DNA of 64,000 nucleotides, from NCBI GenBank assembly GCA_963812135.1, contig CAWETU010000001.1, positions 256,001 to 320,000 of the forward strand. The letters are read 5' to 3'. Shown piece by piece: positions 58,019-64,000 of the stretch. Within the stretch, counting starts at the first letter, position 1, and each line of letters begins with the position of its first letter. The DNA comes from Vulcanimicrobiota bacterium. Lineage in GTDB: Bacteria > Vulcanimicrobiota > Vulcanimicrobiia > Eremiobacterales > Eremiobacteraceae. The notes under the pieces were generated by a model. That model was given only the letters and a program-made list of their open reading frames with translations. It made no database searches and had not been told where the DNA came from. The translations under genes and the position numbers were made by a program.

Positions 58019-58674
58019 ACGACGCGGCTCGCGAAAGGCTTGAGCGCGGGCTCGAGCAGCTCGGTTTTGCCGAGCCCCAACGGCTCGCCGGCCGGCTGAC
58101 CGAATTCTCGGAGCTGTTGCTGGCGGCGAACCGAGAGACCAATCTGGTCGGCGCCAAGAGCCTTGACGAGCTGGTGGGCCCCCATCTGCTCGACAGCCTC
58201 GCGCCGCTTGCCGGCCAAACATTGGAAGGCCCGGTCTTCGACGTCGGCAGCGGTGCCGGGCTGCCAGGGATCCCCGCAGCGCTTGCCTGGCCCGCGCAAC
58301 CCTTCGTCCTACTCGAACCGCGCGCCAAACGCGCCAAATTCCTCGCGGGGGCGGTCGAGGCGCTTCGCCTGCAGAATGCCGAGGTCAAGCAGCTCTCCGC
58401 ATCCTCGGCGGCCGCGGCTGGTCTCGCGAAGCAGGCGGGCACGCTGCTCGTGCGAGCGCTCGCGAAGCCGGCTGTCGCGCTCGCCGCCTCGTTGCCGTTG
58501 CTGGCGCCGGGGGGTCGGCTCTTCTTGTACACCGGGCGTCAGGCCAGGCCGACCGACGGCGAGATGCGGATCATCCGCGATGGCGGTGGGTGGCTCGTAG
58601 AGGCCCGCCACGTCGAGGTTCCGTACCTTGACGCCCAGCGCCATATCTGGATCGTTACCAGACCGCCCGGGTAA
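58015..58674 (+). CDS. rsmG: 16S rRNA m7G527 methyltransferase
   Basis: [25 protein letters not shown] 58015 overlaps the mnmG stop. Confidence 0.92.
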   Translation: MNDAARERLERGLEQLGFAEPQRLAGRLTEFSELLLAANRETNLVGAKSLDELVGPHLLDSLAPLAGQTLEGPVFDVGSGAGLPGIPAALAWPAQPFVLLEPRAKRAKFLAGAVEALRLQNAEVKQLSASSAAAAGLAKQAGTLLVRALAKPAVALAASLPLLAPGGRLFLYTGRQARPTDGEMRIIRDGGGWLVEARHVEVPYLDAQRHIWIVTRPPG

Positions 58675-58722
58675 GCCGGAGCCACCTAGGGCCGGGTCGA
58701 CCGCTCGAAGGACGCTTGGAAT

Positions 58723-58738
58723 TGTTTCACGTGGAGCA
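58723..58738. promoter_or_regulatory. parS site
   Basis: TGTTTCACGTGGAGCA, two mismatches to TGTTTCACGTGAAACA; intergenic, 1.4 kb upstream of parAB and near oriC. Confidence 0.7.
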
Positions 58739-58759
58739 TTTTGTCGGGGGCATGAGCCG

Positions 58760-60166
58760 TTGACGCATGAACCGCCTCCGGTTGAGGCGTTGCTCGTTCG
58801 TGCCCTCCATGACGCCGGCGTTTTTGCCGTCGGCGGAAGCGTGCGGGACTCGATCTTAGCCGAGCTCGGCGGTCCCCAACCCCGGCAACCGGATTTGGAC
58901 TACCTCGTGACCGGACTTCCGCTCGAGGCCATTTTGGAGCGCCTGCGGCCCTACGGGCGAGCCGAGGTGGTCGGCGCTTCCTTTGGAGTCATCAAGTTCA
59001 CCCTCGACGGCCAAACCGTGGATATAGCCCTGCCTCGGCGCGAGCGCTCCACAGGCCCCCATCACCGCGATTTCGAGGTGGAGTCAGCGCCCGACATCCC
59101 GCTCGAGGAAGACCTCGGACGCCGTGATTTTCGCATCAACATGATGGCGCGGGATGTCCGCACGGGGGCGGTGGTCGACCCCCATGGCGGCCGCGCGGAC
59201 CTCGAGAACAGAAGGCTTGACGCCCCGCGCGCCGAGGCGTTCGATGAGGACCCGCTGCGCATTCTACGCGGTGCGCAATTCGCGGCTCGGTTCGGGCTTA
59301 CGCCCACGCCCAGCACGCTCAAAGCCATGCGCGACGCGGCTGAGCTCGTGCCGACCGTGGCGCCCGAACGCATCGCCGACGAGCTGACCAAGCTCTTCAC
59401 GCTCGCCGCCCAACCGAGCGTCGGCCTGGAGCTGCTGCGTGAGAGCGGCGCGCTGGCCCATGTCATGCCGGAACTGCTCGAGGGCTGGCAGGTCGAGCAG
59501 AACCAGTTCCACGCCCACACCGTGTACTACCATAGCCTCCAAGCATGCGACGCCGCGCCGCCCGATCTCGTGTTGCGGCTGGCCGCGCTGCTCCACGACG
59601 TGGGCAAGCCGCGGACGAAAGAAGGCCCTCATTTCTACGGCCATCAGCAGGTCGGCGAAGGCATGGCGCGCCAGCTGCTCGGGCGGCTGCGCTTCAGCGG
59701 CGACGTGATCGATCGCGTCGCCCGCCTCATCGCCAACCACATGTATTCGACCGCCGACGTCATCACGGATGCCGGCATCCGGCGCTTCATCCGCCGGGTC
59801 GGCCCGGCGCATGTCGACGATCTCTTCAAGCTGCGCCACGCCGACGTCATCGCGAGCGGTCTCCCGCCCCATGACCACGGCGAGAACGAGCGGTTCGAAC
59901 GCCGCGTCGCGACGATGCTTCACGCGAGCCCGCCGCTCTCCGAGGGCGATCTGTTCATCGACGGCGACGACGTGATCGCGATGATGCGCGAGCTCGGCCT
60001 TGTCGGGCGGGAGTTTCGCGGTGATGAGCGGGTCGGCGCGACGTTGCGCGCGTGTCTGGAAGAGGTGCTCGAAAACCCCGCTTGCAATGACCGCGAGACT
60101 CTGCTGAACGTGGCGCGGGCATTTCTAGTCGCCCACAATGGACCGCAAAGCGGGACGAATGGCTAA
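58760..60166 (+). CDS. tRNA nucleotidyltransferase (CCA-adding class II) with HD domain
   Basis: VGGSVRD, DLD, EEDLGRRDF.IN, EDPLRILR, ERI..EL.K, LLHDVGKP. Start uncertain; TTG 58760 chosen. Confidence 0.88.
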   Translation: MTHEPPPVEALLVRALHDAGVFAVGGSVRDSILAELGGPQPRQPDLDYLVTGLPLEAILERLRPYGRAEVVGASFGVIKFTLDGQTVDIALPRRERSTGPHHRDFEVESAPDIPLEEDLGRRDFRINMMARDVRTGAVVDPHGGRADLENRRLDAPRAEAFDEDPLRILRGAQFAARFGLTPTPSTLKAMRDAAELVPTVAPERIADELTKLFTLAAQPSVGLELLRESGALAHVMPELLEGWQVEQNQFHAHTVYYHSLQACDAAPPDLVLRLAALLHDVGKPRTKEGPHFYGHQQVGEGMARQLLGRLRFSGDVIDRVARLIANHMYSTADVITDAGIRRFIRRVGPAHVDDLFKLRHADVIASGLPPHDHGENERFERRVATMLHASPPLSEGDLFIDGDDVIAMMRELGLVGREFRGDERVGATLRACLEEVLENPACNDRETLLNVARAFLVAHNGPQSGTNG

Positions 60167-60944
60167 GCGTAAACCGAATAGCGGGACAAATCGGGTCATC
60201 GCCATCGCAAATCAAAAAGGCGGGGTCGGCAAGACGACGACTGCGGTCAATCTTTCCGCGGCGCTCGCGCGCCGCGGTCGTCGCGTCTTGTTGGTCGACA
60301 TCGATCCGCAGGGAAACTCGACGACGGCGCTCGGCGTCGAAAAGACGCGCGTCGAGCGTTGCATCTACGACGTGTTGCTCAAGAGCGCCAGCCTCAGCGA
60401 TGCCACCATCGAGTCGGGCGTCGAAAACTTGCGCCTCGTGCCAGCGACGCTGAACCTTGCCGGCGCGGAGATCGAGCTCGTCTCTGCGCTGTCGCGAGAA
60501 CAGCGCCTGCGCAACGCATTGCGCAGTGCGCGCCAGTCGTACGATGAGATCATCATCGACTGCCCGCCGTCGCTCGGCTTGCTGACGCTGAACGCGCTCA
60601 CCGCCGCGGAGTGGCTGATCGTGCCGGTGCAGGCCGAGTATCTCGCGCTCGAAGGTCTAGGCCAGCTCACGCGCGTCATCGAGCTGGTGCGCACGCACCT
60701 CAATGAAGATCTGCGCATCATGGGAGTCCTCATCACGATGTACGACGGACGCACGAATCTCGCGACGCAAGTCGTCGCCGAAGTGGAGAACTATTTTCCG
60801 GGCGAGGTGTTCGCGACGCGCATCCCGCGCACGGTGCGGCTATCGGAGGCGCCCTCGTACGGCGCGCCGATCGCCACCTTCGACCCCAAGAGCAAGGGCG
60901 CGGCCGCGTACGCGGCGCTCGCCGAAGAGGTGTTGGCACGATGA
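60159..60944 (+). CDS. parA: Chromosome partitioning ATPase ParA/Soj
   Basis: NQKGGVGKTTT, DIDPQGN, IDCPPSLG, EYLALEG, RLSEAPSYG. Confidence 0.96.
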   Translation: MAKRKPNSGTNRVIAIANQKGGVGKTTTAVNLSAALARRGRRVLLVDIDPQGNSTTALGVEKTRVERCIYDVLLKSASLSDATIESGVENLRLVPATLNLAGAEIELVSALSREQRLRNALRSARQSYDEIIIDCPPSLGLLTLNALTAAEWLIVPVQAEYLALEGLGQLTRVIELVRTHLNEDLRIMGVLITMYDGRTNLATQVVAEVENYFPGEVFATRIPRTVRLSEAPSYGAPIATFDPKSKGAAAYAALAEEVLAR

Positions 60945-61810
60945 GCAAACCGCGAGGCCTCGGACGCGGGCTCGGCGCGTTGTTCCCAGGCGCGAACTCC
61001 CAAGAACGCCCCGCAGGCGCGCGCACCGTCATCCCGATCGCGTTGGCCGACATCGCGCCCAACGCGCACCAGCCGCGGCGCGCATTCCATGCAAGCGAGC
61101 TCGACTCGCTCGCGCAATCCATCAAGGCGAACGGCGTTCTCGCGCCGGTGCTCGTGCGACCCAAACGAGACGGCCCTGCGCACTACGAGCTCATCGCAGG
61201 CGAACGCCGTTGGCGCGCCGCCAAGCTCGCCGGTCTGCGCACGATCCCAGCGCTCGTGCGCGACGCAAAAGACGGTCAAGCGATCGAGCTGGCGCTGCTC
61301 GAGAACCTGCAGCGCGCCGATCTCAATCCGATCGAAGAAGCGGCCGGCTATCGCCAACTCGTCGCGGAATATGATTTCACGCAAGAGATGCTGGCGCAGC
61401 GGCTCGGAAAAAGCCGGCCGGCGGTCGCCAACGCGCTGCGCCTGCTCTCGTTACCAGACTCGGTGCAGGCCTTTGTGCGCGACGGAAAACTTTCCGGGGG
61501 CCACGCGCGCGCATTAGCCGCTTTGCCCGGGCCAAAGGCGGAGCGTCTCGCGCGCGAGGCCGTCGCCAAGGGATGGAGCGTGCGCGATATCGAGCGTGCC
61601 GCGCTGCATGCCGGCGGCAAGGCCCCGCGCACAAAACCCGTCAGCGCGTTGCCACCCGACTTGGCCGAGGTCGAGAACCGCTTGCGTTTCGCGCTCGCGA
61701 CGCGCGTGACGTTGCGGCGCGCCGCGCACGGTGGAACGCTCGAGATCCAGTACGCCGATGACGACGAGCTGCAACGCATCGTCGATCGCATCTGTCCGGA
61801 GGAAACGTGA
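60941..61810 (+). CDS. parB: Chromosome partitioning protein ParB/Spo0J
   Basis: RGLGRGLGAL, QPRR, GERRWRAA, ENLQRADL, HTH GKSRPAVANALRLL. Confidence 0.96.
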   Translation: MSKPRGLGRGLGALFPGANSQERPAGARTVIPIALADIAPNAHQPRRAFHASELDSLAQSIKANGVLAPVLVRPKRDGPAHYELIAGERRWRAAKLAGLRTIPALVRDAKDGQAIELALLENLQRADLNPIEEAAGYRQLVAEYDFTQEMLAQRLGKSRPAVANALRLLSLPDSVQAFVRDGKLSGGHARALAALPGPKAERLAREAVAKGWSVRDIERAALHAGGKAPRTKPVSALPPDLAEVENRLRFALATRVTLRRAAHGGTLEIQYADDDELQRIVDRICPEET

Positions 61811-62623
61811 GAATCCCACACATCATCGCTCTCGGCGCGCTTGCGCTGGCGCTCGCCGGCGCAGCGCCGACGCCGCGGCCTACCGCCGATCCGGGCGCTC
61901 TCCAAGCGGTGACGCAATACGTCGCCGCGCTCTCGCACGCAGATTATGCCGCAGCATACGGCTTACTGACATCGGCGCAACAGCGCTACTTCGGCGATGT
62001 GAACAACTTCGCATCCAATTCGCGCTCGACGAAGTACGTGATCCACAAGTACTCGATCATCGGCTCGCTGTCGCACGGCAACGTCGTCGAGGCGATCGTG
62101 CGCCAGGAGACCTCGTTCGTCAACCTCGCGACCGGCGGTCGAGTCGATGGCTCCGTGCGCGAGCCATTCTTCGCGCTGCGCGAAAACGGCGCGTGGCGGG
62201 TGAAACAGCTCTCGCAGCCGTGGAAAGCGTACGCCGTCGGCACGTCCGGGAGCGCGCAAGGCGTTGAGGTGACCGTCTATCGTGTCGAATTCTACGACAA
62301 GCGGATCGAGGTGGATTGCACGATCCGCAACGGTAGTAAAACGGCGGTGCAAGTGCTGCCGCTTGGCAAGAGCGTGCTCGACGATGGCGCGAACAAAGTC
62401 CCGGCGATGAACGAACGCGAGCTTCCCGCTCAACGACGTCGGGTTCTTCGAGGGATTTCGGCTGCCGCCAGGCCAGCAGCGAGCGGGGTTCATCAACTTC
62501 TCCGTGTCGCAGCGCCAGGACGCCGATCAGACGTTCACGCTGACCGTCGCGCCCGCGATTTTCGACGGCGCCGAGCAGACGTTTAGCGTGGTCGTGGGGC
62601 CGATGCAGCTCAAGAAGTTATGA
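61807..62623 (+). CDS. Secreted hypothetical protein (NTF2-like + Ig-like), +1 frameshift near 62415
   Basis: Signal peptide. After AMN the protein-like sequence continues in the shifted frame (ASFPLNDVGFFEGFRLPPGQQRAGFINF...QLKKL, stop 62621-62623). Confidence 0.6.
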
Positions 62624-62807
62624 TTTCGACGGCCCGCAAGGCGGTCCGGCGGGCGGGCCACGCTTCCGGAGGATATGCTCGGCAGCCCTTCGAACCGCCC
62701 CGCTGAACCGGTCACATCACGCAACGCGCGGTCGAGCCACTACGAGGCGCTGCACGGACGTGTTGCTTCTTTATCCGGCCGGCGGTTTGCACGAAAGAGG
62801 GCTTGCG

Positions 62808-63254
62808 ATGCAAGTTATGCGGCGAACGTTTGTTACGCTTGGCGCGGTGGCTATTCTCGGCCTTGTGGGTTGCGGCGGCCTGGGCGTGAACATCGGATCG
62901 GGCTCGTCGCGAGCTTCGAGCCTCGTGAACCTCGTTTCTATCCAAGTGCAAAGCGGCCCGAACATCCCGACCGTGAGTCGTACCGGATTCCTCCGGATGG
63001 TCGCGATCGCATACTACGTGTTCGGCGGCCAGAATTACGTGTCGGCGACCCAGGGCGCGACGTGGACGATTACTGATGCGGCGGGGGTAAAAGCCGCGTT
63101 GTTCAACGGCGACTGCATTACGCCGTATACACCGGGCACAGTGATGCAGAACGTCTGCGTGTTCGGCGGGGGGACGACCGGCGGAGCTGGGACGGCGACG
63201 CTCAAAGCCACCGTTGCGGGCAACACCGGCACCGTTACCGTGACCGTGCAATAA
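62808..63254 (+). CDS. Lipoprotein with Ig-like beta-rich domain
   Basis: ATG 62808 after AAGAGGG; lipobox LVGC; ends GTATLKATV...GTVTVTVQ. Confidence 0.7.
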   Translation: MQVMRRTFVTLGAVAILGLVGCGGLGVNIGSGSSRASSLVNLVSIQVQSGPNIPTVSRTGFLRMVAIAYYVFGGQNYVSATQGATWTITDAAGVKAALFNGDCITPYTPGTVMQNVCVFGGGTTGGAGTATLKATVAGNTGTVTVTVQ

Positions 63255-63277
63255 TTTCAAGGCACCTAGCAGATAGC

Positions 63278-63308
63278 AGGGGCCGGCGCAGACCGGCCTC
63301 TTTCTTTC
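63278..63308 (+). terminator. Probable intrinsic terminator
   Basis: GGCCGG-N6-CCGGCC stem followed by TCTTTCTTTC just after the lipoprotein stop. Confidence 0.5.
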
Positions 63309-63341
63309 TCCGACAAATATGATAAGCGTACGCAGCCGCAG

Positions 63342-64000
63342 ATGATTCTCGCAACACTCCTCGCGCTCGCCGTTAGTGCGACGGCCGCCTCCTCGCCGGC
63401 GCCAAGCCTTGGTCCCACTACGCCCACGACGCCCGCGGCGACCGCGCCGGCGTCACCCACCGCATCGCCCCGGGCCGCGACACCAACGCCAACAGCATCG
63501 CCGTCGCCGACGCCGGTTCCGACGCCGGTGCATCCGGCGAGTGTTGTCGTGTTATGGCATCTCGGCGCGGCAACATCCGCCGATGCGAGCGTGCGCGCCG
63601 CCGCTATCGGGTTGTTAGCGCCGGACACGATCGGTTCGCTCGAGCGGGCATTGCGGGCCCATCCGCGCGCGCGTTTCTCTTTGGCGATCGATGCAGGGGC
63701 GCTGGACGGTCTCGCACGCGCCGCCGCCGGCGACAGCGCATTGCAGACCATGCTCGGCGGCCATCTCGTCGGCGGCGCGCGCAACGATCTCTTGCGCGTG
63801 CTCGCGCAAGTGCCGGTCCTCGACCCGCACATAGCCGCAACCACCGCGATGCAGCGCTATCGCAAGCTCGCCGCCGCCGTGCCGGTGGCGCTCGGTCCAG
63901 CGCATGCGACGTCGTTCAGCAACGGAGACTTCGTCGATATCGTCGGATTTGGCGCGCTCGTCCGCCTCGCCGCCGCCGGCGAATTGCCGGCGAACGCATC
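63342..64000 (+). CDS. Secreted protein with Pro/Thr linker, 5' part only (runs off window)
   Basis: Manual translation: MILATLLALAVSATAA signal peptide, TPSP-rich linker, then VVVLWH...HPRARFSLAIDAGALD, faintly like a degenerate GH57 N-terminus. Confidence 0.55.
   Translation, partial: MILATLLALAVSATAASSPAPSLGPTTPTTPAATAPASPTASPRAATPTPTASPSPTPVPTPVHPASVVVLWHLGAATSADASVRAAAIGLLAPDTIGSLERALRAHPRARFSLAIDAGALDGLARAAAGDSALQTMLGGHLVGGARNDLLRVLAQVPVLDPHIAATTAMQRYRKLAAAVPVALGPAHATSFSNGDFVDIVGFGALVRLAAAGELPANA

Noticed and set aside
62630..62800. c-di-GMP or other riboswitch upstream of the lipoprotein
   Set aside because: Only a GC-rich hairpin (GGCCCGC...GCGGGCC); consensus motifs are absent.
63390..63530. 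Tandem repeat or CRISPR-like array
   Set aside because: Low-complexity Pro/Thr/Ser linker codons with no repeat-spacer structure; no CRISPR, tRNA, rRNA or transposase seen anywhere in the window.

Overview
High-GC bacterial chromosomal window that spans the replication origin. Its gene content points to a diderm member of the Terrabacteria, most plausibly Ca. Eremiobacterota/Vulcanimicrobiota (inferred, not tested). From left to right: (1) A minus-strand, translationally coupled operon encoding an HMG-CoA-reductase-like enzyme, a UbiA prenyltransferase, a PEP-utilizing (rifampin-phosphotransferase-architecture) enzyme and a DUF3419/BtaA-like protein cut by the window edge. This is the best candidate for an undescribed lipid pathway and lies downstream of an ECF sigma/anti-sigma pair. 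(2) recQ, a secreted protein and a DUF1003 gene. (3) A ~41 kb co-oriented minus-strand run starting at dnaA: dnaA-dnaN-recF-DUF721-gyrB-hpnK-hpnI-SBP5-tamB-bamA-3x skp-lpxD-lpxC-fabZ-lpxA-lpxB-metallophosphoesterase (GNRE motif, candidate LpxH substitute)-LpxB-related GT-WaaL::LptC fusion-lptB-lptF/G-DUF3084-yqgF-like-SLH/OmpM-TPR-GT4-barrel-RND. (4) oriC with DnaA boxes on both sides of dnaA. (5) rpmH-rnpA-yidD-yidC-khpB-mnmE-mnmG-rsmG-parS-cca-parA-parB and several secreted proteins. Three genes carry single +1 frameshifts that look like sequencing errors. I saw no rRNA, tRNA, CRISPR array or transposase. All calls come from reading motifs and gene context; no searches were run.
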